Shown here piece after piece: positions 50,885-64,000 of a stretch of DNA of 64,000 bases (position 1 is its first letter; the number at the start of each line of letters is the position of its first letter). The stretch is from the NCBI GenBank assembly GCA_964016885.1, contig OZ024743.1, positions 371,008,001 to 371,072,000 of the forward strand, read 5' to 3'. The translations under genes and the position numbers were made by a program. A model generated the notes under the pieces. That model had not been told where the DNA came from. It was given only the letters and a program-made list of their open reading frames with translations, and searched no databases. Source of the DNA: Eledone cirrhosa. Its lineage: Eukaryota.

Positions 50885-50885
50885 C

Positions 50886-50940
<55 letters not shown>

Positions 50941-50941
50941 C

Positions 50942-50996
<55 letters not shown>

Positions 50997-51037
50997 CATA
51001 TATATATACATATATATATATACATATATATATATAC

Positions 51038-51074
<37 letters not shown>

Positions 51075-51142
51075 CATATATATATACATATATATATATA
51101 TACATATATATATATACATATATATATATACATATATATATA

Positions 51143-51730
51143 TAGAAGGCTGCGTTGGTATGGACACGTGATGCGCATGAAAGTCGATAGCTGTATTACA
51201 AAGTGCAGGGCAATAAAGATAGACGGTAGCCACGGAATAGGCAGACCTAGAAAAACATGGGATGAGCTGATAAACTCCGACCTCACACACTTACACCTCT
51301 CCAAGACAATGTCACTGGACCGTGACCTTTGGCGGTACTCAGTAACAGAGAAGACCCGCCTTGCCAGTAGGCATCTCTAACAAAATACACCCCGTCCCGC
51401 CACCACCCCCACCCCATCCACACCACCCCGTTCTATGTAAAGTTATGTTGGTGCCGCGCCATCCAGGCCGAAACAAATGAGATCGTGTAGGTGTCACGAC
51501 AAAAAAACACACAGTCCACGCTGTGGTGTGGCCGTGTAGGCAACACGGTAAAAACCTCCCAGACCCACACTGTAAATGTGGTTGGTGTTAGGAAGGGCAT
51601 CCAACTGTAGAAAACCTGCCAGACAGTCCTATGCGAGCAAGACAATCACTCTTGCCTCAAGTGGGACTACCCCCGTCCAAACCCATGCAAGCGTGGAACA
51701 CGGACGTTAAACGTTGATGATGATGATGAT
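51143..51730 (+). mobile_element. RTE LINE short 3' copy in (TA)n
   Basis: ORF 51168-51380 is nearly the same as the C-terminus of 36252-37586; full tail with (GAT)n. Confidence 0.92.
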
Positions 51731-52114
51731 ATATATATATATACATATATATATACATATATATATATACATATATATATATATACATATATATATACAT
51801 ATATATATATACATATATATATATATACATATATATACATATATATATATACATATATATATATACATATATATATATACATATATATATATACATATAT
51901 ATATATACATATATATATACATATATATATACATATATATATACATATATATATACATATATATATACATATATATATACATATATATATACATATGTAT
52001 ATACATATGTATATATACATATATATATATATACATATATATATACATATATATATATATACATATATATACATATACATATACATATATATACATATAT
52101 ATACATATATGTAC

Positions 52115-52177
<63 letters not shown>

Positions 52178-52182
<5 letters not shown>

Positions 52183-52695
52183 AATTAAGTTAAAACGAAA
52201 TTTAATTTCGTTTCGTTATTTGTTTTTATCGTCTCCGTTGAACCGGTACATACTCACACTCTATGCAAATTAGTCTGCCCACTACTAATTTTCATAGAAA
52301 AAGCATATAACGATATGTGCTTTTACGATTCTCCAGAAAGGCCGGAAGATAGGTAAGTATTGCTGATGAGTTGTAACAACAACAAAACTAGTTCAATATT
52401 CCTTGTCTGGCTTTCTGCAGAATAGAGGAAAGGTGTTTCCTCAAAAACCAGTATGACTCTAAAAACCGGTTTGTCTGTGTGTTTACATACAGAATAGCTG
52501 GATACTCACAGTAAAGTGACCAGTGAAAAACTTGGTACATCTACATATGTATACGTGTGTGTATTCATATGCATACTAGTATTTCAGTATACATATGTGG
52601 ATGTACATTTTTAACTTAATTGTTTAAGCGTCAGTCATACAAAAGTGAGTTACAAACGAAACGAAATTTAATTTCGTTTCGTTATTTGTTTTTAT
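52178..52695 (+). mobile_element. ORF-less hammerhead-containing element (retrozyme-like / non-autonomous PLE)
   Basis: 37-bp direct repeat at 52193-52229 and 52659-52695; 18-bp inverted repeat at 52178-52195 and 52609-52626; central hammerhead; (TA)n flanks. Confidence 0.7.
52356..52400 (+). ncRNA. Minimal type I hammerhead with G12A lesion
   Basis: agtattg-CTGATGA-gttgt(aaca)acaac-AAAA-ctag-TT-caatatt. Confidence 0.7.
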
Positions 52696-52734
52696 ATATA
52701 TATATACATACACATATATATATATACATATACG

Positions 52735-52821
<87 letters not shown>

Positions 52822-52859
52822 ATACATATACATATATATATACATATACATATATATAC

Positions 52860-53078
<219 letters not shown>

Positions 53079-53299
53079 TATATACATACATATATACATA
53101 CATATATATAGACATATATATAGACATATACATATATATATACATACATATATACATACATATATATATACATATATATAGACATATACACATACATATA
53201 CACATATATATACACACATATATATACACATATATATACACATATATACACATATATATATACATATATATATACATATATATATACATATATATATAC

Positions 53300-53466
<167 letters not shown>

Positions 53467-53471
53467 TATAC

Positions 53472-53536
<65 letters not shown>

Positions 53537-54317
53537 CAAATATAGATATATATACAAATATAGATATATATACAAATATATATACATATATATATATATA
53601 CAAATATATATACATATATATATACAAATATATATACAAATATATATACATATATATATACATATATATATACATATATATATACATATATACATATATA
53701 TATACATATATACATATATATATACATATATACATATATACATACATATATACATACATATATACATATATACATACATATATATATACATATATATATA
53801 CATATATATATACATATATATATACATATATACATATATATATACATATATACATATATATATACATATATACATATATACATACATATATACATACATA
53901 TATACATATATACATACATATATACATACATACATATATACATACATATATACATACATACATACATACATATATACATATATACATACATATATGCATA
54001 TATACATACATACATATATACATATATATATACATATATATATATACATATATACATATATATATACATATATATATACATATATATATACATATATATA
54101 TACATATATATATACATATATATATATATACATATATATATATACATATATATATATATACATATATATATATACATATATATATACATATATATATATA
54201 CATATATATATATATACATATATATATATACATATATATATATATACATATATATATATACATATATATATATATACATATATATATATACATATATATA
54301 TAAACATATATATATAC

Positions 54318-54348
<31 letters not shown>

Positions 54349-54659
54349 CAATATATTTAGAAACACATAGATACATGCGGACACACACATATACATGAAT
54401 GCATCCACACCCAACCGTGAGTTAAGGGTGCCAACCTCACCGATGTTGCTCAATGAATGACTGGGACAGACCAATCCGGTTGAACTAAACTGAACCAGTA
54501 TCAGAGTTAAAAATACATTATGTGGTATTTTCTTCGGGGTTATAAGAGGCTTAGCTCTGTTTTCTCGACCGTTATATCGCGTGACTATCTCCCCCTCCGC
54601 CTTTTGGGATTCTTTCTCACATCGTGTAGACGCGTTCTTGAGGCTAGTAAAATGAGGTA

Positions 54660-54749
54660 TCCTCTTGATAAGTCGGCAGACCTCGCAAGGACTCTATATC
54701 TTTATGATGTATTGTTTTTGTTTATGCCACGAAACTACGTAGTCGAGGA
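54660..54749 (+). ncRNA. Decayed type I hammerhead
   Basis: tcctc-TTGATAA-gtcggca...tgccac-GAAA-ctacgtag-TC-gagga; two substitutions in CTGATGA. Confidence 0.6.
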
Positions 54750-54818
54750 ATCTAGGAGCAGTTTAGGTATGATACATTTTATTACTAATTATATCTAAAT
54801 GTTTCTTCTCTCTTCATA

Positions 54819-54855
<37 letters not shown>

Positions 54856-54856
54856 C

Positions 54857-54891
<35 letters not shown>

Positions 54892-54964
54892 CATATATAT
54901 ATACATATATATACATATATATATACATATATATATATATACATATACATATATATACATATAC

Positions 54965-55022
<58 letters not shown>

Positions 55023-55030
55023 ACATATAC

Positions 55031-55062
<32 letters not shown>

Positions 55063-55120
55063 ACATATACATATATATATATATACATATACATATATAT
55101 ATATATATACATATATATAC

Positions 55121-55152
<32 letters not shown>

Positions 55153-55160
55153 ACATATAC

Positions 55161-55192
<32 letters not shown>

Positions 55193-55244
55193 ATATACAT
55201 ATACATATATATACATATACATATTTATACATATATATATATAC

Positions 55245-55291
<47 letters not shown>

Positions 55292-55303
55292 CATATACAT
55301 ATA

Positions 55304-55354
<51 letters not shown>

Positions 55355-55372
55355 ATATATACATATACATAC

Positions 55373-55429
<57 letters not shown>

Positions 55430-55524
55430 CATATACATATATATACATATACATATATATATATAGATATATACATATACATATATATATATATACATAT
55501 ACATATATATATATATACATATAC

Positions 55525-55599
<75 letters not shown>

Positions 55600-55616
55600 C
55601 ATATATATATACATAC

Positions 55617-55647
<31 letters not shown>

Positions 55648-55696
55648 CATATATATATACATACATATATATATACATACATATATATATACATAC

Positions 55697-55965
<269 letters not shown>

Positions 55966-55980
55966 CATATATATATATAC

Positions 55981-56011
<31 letters not shown>

Positions 56012-56036
56012 CTTATATATATATATATACATATAT

Positions 56037-56084
<48 letters not shown>

Positions 56085-56119
56085 TACATATATACATATA
56101 TACATATATACATATATAC

Positions 56120-56150
<31 letters not shown>

Positions 56151-56236
56151 CATATATATATACATATATATATATACATATATATACATATATGTATATA
56201 TATACATATATATATATATATGTATATATATATATG

Positions 56237-56270
<34 letters not shown>

Positions 56271-56588
56271 CATATATATATATATATGTATATACATATA
56301 TATATATATATGTATATATGTATATATATGTATATACATATATATATATATGTATATATGTATATATATGTATATACATATATATATATATGTATATATA
56401 TATATGTATATACATATATATATATATGTATGTATATATATATATGTATGTATATGTATATATATGTATGTATATATATATGTATGTATATATATATATA
56501 TATGTATGTGTATATATATATATATGCATGTATATATATATATACATATATATATATGTATGTATATATATATATATATATATATAAC

Positions 56589-56722
<134 letters not shown>

Positions 56723-56733
56723 GTAATATATAT

Positions 56734-56785
<52 letters not shown>

Positions 56786-56797
56786 TATATGTATGTA

Positions 56798-56931
<134 letters not shown>

Positions 56932-56935
56932 TACA

Positions 56936-56995
<60 letters not shown>

Positions 56996-56997
56996 CG

Positions 56998-57375
<378 letters not shown>

Positions 57376-57439
57376 TATACATGTATATATATATATATAT
57401 ATATACATGTATATATATATATATATATATACATGTATA

Positions 57440-57501
<62 letters not shown>

Positions 57502-57565
57502 TATACATGTATATATATATATATATATATACATGTATATATATATATATATATATACATGTATA

Positions 57566-57737
<172 letters not shown>

Positions 57738-57744
57738 TATATAC

Positions 57745-57819
<75 letters not shown>

Positions 57820-57843
57820 AACATATATATATATATATATGTC

Positions 57844-57877
<34 letters not shown>

Positions 57878-58074
57878 AACATATATATATATATATATGT
57901 CTATATATATATACATACATATATATATATATATATACACATACATATATATATATATATACATACATATATATATACTTACATATATATATACATACAT
58001 ATATATATATATACATACATATATATACATATATATATACATACATATATATATATATACATACATATATATAC

Positions 58075-58127
<53 letters not shown>

Positions 58128-58128
58128 C

Positions 58129-58165
<37 letters not shown>

Positions 58166-58188
58166 CATACATATATATATATACATAC

Positions 58189-58219
<31 letters not shown>

Positions 58220-58286
58220 CACATATATATATATATACACATATATATATATACGCATATATATATATACACACATATATATATAT

Positions 58287-58620
58287 CATCATTTCATCAT
58301 TTCATTTTACGTCCGCTTTTTCCCTGCTTGCAAGGGTGGGACGGGAACTGATTCTGGCTTGATTTCTACAGCTGGATGCCCTTCCTAACACCAACCTCAT
58401 TTACAGTGAGTGCTGGGTGCTTTTTTGCCGTGGCACCTGCACGACCACTTTGCAGTGGAATGATAGGGATCCCAGTCCCTATCATCTCATTTCTACAGCT
58501 GAGTAAACTGGAGCAATGTGAAATAAAGTGTCTTGCTCAAGGAAACAACACATCACCCGGTCTGAGAATTGAACTCACAACCTTTCGATTGCAAGGCCAA
58601 TGCTCTAACCACTAAGCCAT
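58287..58620 (-). mobile_element. RTE tail fragment (58287-58450) and tRNA-derived CORE-like SINE (58495-58620)
   Basis: Minus strand: A-box tggcttagtgg, B-box gagttcaattc, then ccttgagcaagacacttt. Confidence 0.8.
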
Positions 58621-58794
58621 ATGCCTCCATATATATATATATACACATATATATATATACACATACACATATACATACACATATATATACACATACACAT
58701 ATATATACACATACACATATATATACACATACATATATATATACACATACATATATATATACATATACATATACATATACATATATATATGTAC

Positions 58795-59381
58795 ATGACC
58801 TCCAACAACTTTAAGACCCGTTGGTATGCCCATACTCACTCCTTCAGAAGACCGGACAAATCAAATCAGACAACACTCGACTCCTACGTTTGGGACCTCA
58901 AAAGGAACTCCACCCCCTTCACGCTTAAATGGAAAATACTCTTACGACGGAGGACACAAGGGCTGCGACCTTTGTATTTCAGAGAGCTACGAAATTTTAT
59001 TCGCCAAGGGCCCGCTACTGAACAAACTCTCTGAACACTGCCCGAACTGCATGCACAAGAACTTTGCAACTTTCAAACACTTTAAGCCAGTGTTAAAGCC
59101 CGGTGGCTAAAAACGACCTCCCCCTATTGGCCCCTATACCTCCATCCCACCCTACCCCCACCCCTCCTCAACCTGTAATACGGCCACTATGGTTATGTGA
59201 GTACCTCTTTCCTATCTACATTTTCTGCCTGTAGAGGTGTTTTTATGTGCCTGCGTATATGCGTATATTTATTGAGTACTTATTTATTTGTATGTGTATA
59301 TATTTGTGTGTATGTGTGTATATGTATATGTATATATGTATGTGTGTATTTGTGTTTTATGTGTGTATATTTATGTATGTA

Positions 59382-59426
<45 letters not shown>

Positions 59427-59469
59427 ATATATATGTGTATGTGTATGTTTGTATATATGTATATGTATG

Positions 59470-59508
<39 letters not shown>

Positions 59509-59527
59509 TTGTGTATGTGTGTGTGTA

Positions 59528-59558
<31 letters not shown>

Positions 59559-59597
59559 GTGTGTGTGTGTGCAGGTGTGTGTATATATATATGTATA

Positions 59598-59645
<48 letters not shown>

Positions 59646-59972
59646 CGTGAGAGAGAGTGTGTGTATATATATGTGTGTGTGTGTGTGTGTATGTGTATGC
59701 GTGTATTTATATGTATATATATGTGTATATGTGCGTATATATGTTGGTATATATGTGTATATGTCTGTGTATGTATGTATATATATGGAGAGATATGTAT
59801 ATATATATTTATATATATGCATGTGTGTGTGTGTGTGTATATATATGTGTGTGTGTGTATATATGTGTGTGTATATGTATATATATATATGTATATGTAT
59901 GTATGAATATATATTTGTATATGTATGTATGTGTGTATGTGTGTGTGTGTATGTATATATGTGTATATATAT

Positions 59973-60069
<97 letters not shown>

Positions 60070-60144
60070 ATATGTGTGTATATATGTGTATGTATTTGTG
60101 TATATGTGTGTATGGATATATATATATATATATATATGTGTGTA

Positions 60145-60200
<56 letters not shown>

Positions 60201-60231
60201 TATATGTATGAATGGTGTATCTCTCGCTCTC

Positions 60232-60279
<48 letters not shown>

Positions 60280-60545
60280 GTGCTTTTTCCTTATATATGT
60301 GTGTGTGTGTGTATATATATATATGTATGTGTGTGTATGTATATGTATATATTTATGTATATATATATGTGTGTATATATATATATATGTGTGTGTTTGT
60401 GTGTATGTGTGTGTATATGTATATATATATATATGTGTGTATTTTATATATATATGTATATATATGTGTGTGTATATATATATATGTATATATATAAATA
60501 TATATATATATATGTGTGTATATGGATATATATATATATATATTG

Positions 60546-60576
<31 letters not shown>

Positions 60577-61440
60577 GTGTATATATATGTATATATATAT
60601 GTGTATATATGTATATGTATGTGTATATATATGTATATGTATACACATGTATATCTGTGTGTATGTATGTATGTGTGTGAGTGTATATATATGTGTATAT
60701 GTGTGTGTGTGTGTGTATATATGTATGTGTGTGTGTATATATATATGTATATATATATGTGTGTATATAAATATATTTATATATGTGTGTGGGTTTTTTT
60801 TATGTGTGTTTATGGTTGCGCGCGAGTGTGTGAGTGAGTGTGTTTTTTTGTGAATGTGTCTGTTGATTTTTGGCATACATTTGAATAGTTTAAGAGAAGT
60901 TCGAAGATAATTGTAAGATATGCACTCAGTTTTTTTAATCTGTCTACAGAATTCTCTAAACCTTTGTCACTTAGTAGAACCTTAATGAATTTAGCTTTTA
61001 AAGAATCTCCCTTTCCTCTAATTCTATCTACCATGACTGACCCCCCACTGATCTTATAGACATCTGTTAGCTTAAGAGAAACTTAATGACAAGGAATGGT
61101 ATGCCATCCGGAACCTGTTTATAGAATTCTGTCTGCCTTTGTTACTCTAAAAACAAAAATTAAAAATAAACTATAGCTTTGTAGAATTAGCTTTTAATGA
61201 ATTCCCTTTTCTATCAACCAATGACCTACACCCATCCCACTCGCCACCCTCTCCTACCACTTGTAGAGACCTATAAATACCATATTTATTTTTTGATACC
61301 CAGATTCCTGATGATTTCTAAAGAATGAAACAGTTCTAGTCCTGTAGAATCTCATCTATATTAAAACTTTTATACTCTGCAATGTATTGAGTACCTTACT
61401 TACTGTGGTTACCTCCGATTCAACCCGGAATAACGTACTA
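58795..61440 (+). mobile_element. 5'-truncated PLE: GIY-YIG C-terminus, microsatellite-rich 3' region and hammerhead-bearing end
   Basis: [34 protein letters not shown] / CDLCISE..LLNKLSE..CMH (58795-59110). Linkage to the distal hammerhead is inferred from the matching layout of the 44762-50516 element. Confidence 0.7.
61302..61352 (+). ncRNA. Type I hammerhead ribozyme
   Basis: agattc-CTGATGA-tttctaaagaat-GAAA-cag(ttctagtc)ctg-TA-gaatct; GUA site; U.U mismatch at the base of stem II. Confidence 0.75.
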
Positions 61441-61450
61441 TATATACATA

Positions 61451-61536
<86 letters not shown>

Positions 61537-61595
61537 CATATATACATATATATATATATACATATATATACATATATACATATATATATATATAC

Positions 61596-61658
<63 letters not shown>

Positions 61659-61695
61659 ATATATAAGATCAAAAGATGGTTAAAAGAGTTCCATG

Positions 61696-61766
61696 TAATT
61701 TATTATGCGCATTTCAAAAACAAATATCATCATGCAATAATATTTGTGTTTTCATCAGATAAAATA
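61696..61766 (-). ncRNA. Type I hammerhead ribozyme near the PLE 3' end
   Basis: Minus strand: tattttat-CTGATGA-aaacacaaata...tatttgttttt-GAAA-tgcgca-TA-ataaatta. Confidence 0.8.
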
Positions 61767-62597
61767 GGGAGACATGATATGAAGGTTAAAAAACACTTGT
61801 GAATAGTGCAGTTTTAAATCAACATATGAAAAGTAGTTTTAGATTGATGTGTGATATTGGGGAAAACATTTTTTTGAGCGGGGGGGGGGGGGTGACAAAG
61901 AGGAAATGAGAGTAAAAAGTGGAGGGGGAGGAGTATAATGAGGAAGGATGAGATAGGAGGAGAGATGGGTGATAGAGAGAGAGAGATAGCTTTTATAACT
62001 GAGAAAAATATATTGTTTTACATAGAGAGGTTGAAAAAAACCGTTGGAAGATAATGTATAAATTAAAAGAATTTGAAAATTAACGAAGAGAAAAAAATAA
62101 TATAAAGTTAAGGTTTGTATATTGAAGGGTTTAATAATATGTGCGATGAAAAGAAATTGTTAATATGTATTAAGAATAATATTTAAGGGTTTAATAATAT
62201 GTGCGATGGAAAGAAATTGTTGATATGTATTATTAAAAAATATAAAAATATAACAATAGTAATGTAATTAAGGATATATTGTGAAAAGAAGTAGAAGAGT
62301 GGATGAATAAGTGTAATATGTATAAGTTAGATGAGCATGAAAGGGAGAAAAAAATAATGAATTGAGGATGAATAATCTAACGTCAAAAAAAATGTTTATG
62401 TTTACGAAGGATTTTTGAAGGTGATATTATAAAGTAAGGATATATTGTGCTGAGTAATAATGAGAATTGAGAAGTATCTAGGGAGAGAAGGTACAGATTA
62501 GAAAATTAAAAGAAAAAGAAAAAAAGAAAAGATGAAAGGAAAAAAGAAAGAAAGGGAAGTGATAAATAGGAGTAATATAGAATGAGTAACTAGTATT

Positions 62598-62922
62598 CAT
62601 CATCATCATCATCATCATCAACGTTTAACGTCCGTGTTCCACGCTTGCATGGGTTTGGACGGGGGTAGTCCCACTTGAGGCAAGAGTGATTGTCTTGCTC
62701 GCATAGGACTGTCTGGCAGGTTTTCTACAGTTGGATGCCCTTCCTAACACCACCCCGTTCTATGTAAAGTTATGTTGGTGCCGCGCCATCCAGGCCGAAA
62801 CAAATGAGATCGTGTAGGTGTCACGACAAAAAAACACACAGTCCACGCTGTAATGTGGCCGTGTAGGCAACACGGTAAAAACCTCCCAGACCCACACTGT
62901 AAATGTGGTTGGTGTTAGGAAG
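62598..62922. mobile_element. RTE 3' UTR insertion with internal inversion, nested in the PLE
   Basis: 62598-62752 is the tail in minus orientation; 62747-62922 is the adjacent upstream UTR in plus orientation (compare 51420-51597). Confidence 0.85.
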
Positions 62923-64000
62923 GAAGAAGTATTATATAATGTATAATAAATAACATTGAAATAAGGTAGAAAGATGGGTATATTTTAAAAGAAATATATA
63001 TGTATATATATATATATGTGCCTTTGAGAAAAGGATTTTAAATTGGTAAAGTATTAGATATTAGCTGTATACTTTATGGAATGTTCTGTGGAATTTATGC
63101 AAGCAGAGAGAAAACAAGTCAGTGCGTCTATTTATTATAGAATCTAAATTAGATATAATGGTAAATTTTTCACATAAACAGAGATTGCATGTCTTGGATA
63201 GAGAACCATTCAAGTATGGAGAAGCAGAACAAACCTTCTTCCAAGAGATGTTATAGTTAATATTTTTGTCTTTCAAGGACCATATGAGTTCTGAGAGTGC
63301 CGTGTTGGTGCTTTTAAGTTGGTATTTAAAAGACGAATGATGATTATAAAGACGAGCTTTAAAGGAGGTGGAAGTGGAGCCAAAATAGGTAAAGGAATTG
63401 GTGTCAGTTATAACTTTACATTCGTAGATTAATTTTTTTCAAGACAATGGTTGTTGAGAGGACATTTATTTTTAACAGGGCAATTACAATTGCTATTAGA
63501 GAAATTAACAGAGTTATTAACAAGTGACCTAGTGTTATCTATAGAAGGGATTGGATTGGAGAAGTTATTTACGATAGGAATAATAGTTTCTTGATTTAGA
63601 ATGGGATTAAGAACATTTAACGAAGTTGCGTTTGACGTATTTGGGTTTGCAGAAATTAGCCTAGAGTTAACAATGACGTTGGGAGTACTATTACTATTAT
63701 TATGATATTCAGTGTTGGGAGGAAGAGATTTAGTATTTTATTGTGTTTATAGATAATGTTGGAGATGTTGGAGGAGGTCGAATAGGAAAATTTTATAGTG
63801 TGTTTGTTAAATATTTTACTATAGATATGTGAGGGAGGAAAGCATTTATTTAAGGCACTAAAGAATGATTTAGGAATATTATTATTAATAGAGATGGAGA
63901 AAGGAGCATTATACCAGATTATGTTTTTGTATCTAGGTCTTTTATTAAAGTTATTGGAATGATCGTGATTAATTATTCTACTGTAAGATCTTCTAGAATT

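Larger units (their letters stand above)
61665..64000 (-). mobile_element. Third PLE (Hydra-clade-like), 3' part; continues beyond the window
   Basis: Minus strand: NIIWYNAPF, CNCPVKNKCP, LIYECKV..TYFGSTSTSFKARLYNH, and ORF 63061-63276 CNLCLCEK..INRR..CLH; frameshifted. Confidence 0.85.

Noticed and set aside
58540-58620. tRNA-like sequence
   Set aside because: The A/B boxes run into a SINE body without a proper acceptor stem; it is a SINE head, not a tRNA gene.

Overview
Eukaryotic, very repeat-rich animal DNA. The SINE, RTE and MITE repertoire and the huge (TA)n fields resemble an octopod cephalopod, but that is inference. One host gene can be built by hand: an FG-repeat nucleoporin, most like Nup62, on the + strand. 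Its three phase-compatible exons are 11377-11438, 19294-19328 and 25370-26179. No further exon was found, so 26180-64000 is probably one intron of more than 37 kb. A possible head-to-head first exon lies 284 bp upstream on the - strand. Everything else is transposon-derived or microsatellite. There are many RTE-clade LINEs (one family has a PHD finger inside the RT; one insertion is a triplicated array), a CRE-like fragment, Helitron derivatives, a Tigger/pogo element, hAT-, piggyBac-type and unclassified MITEs, and tRNA-derived SINEs. There are also three C-terminal GIY-YIG Penelope-like elements (PLEs) embedded in (TA)n. The most notable signal is a cluster of six type I hammerhead-ribozyme motifs between 44.9 and 61.8 kb. 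Two lie in the near-identical pseudo-LTRs of a young 5.75-kb PLE. One lies in an ORF-less, terminally redundant 466-nt unit that looks like a retrozyme, i.e. a circular-RNA-derived non-autonomous element. Antisense hammerheads have intact cores, whereas those sense to the host pre-mRNA carry core lesions. Boundaries of decayed elements are approximate. No database searches or folding programs were run.
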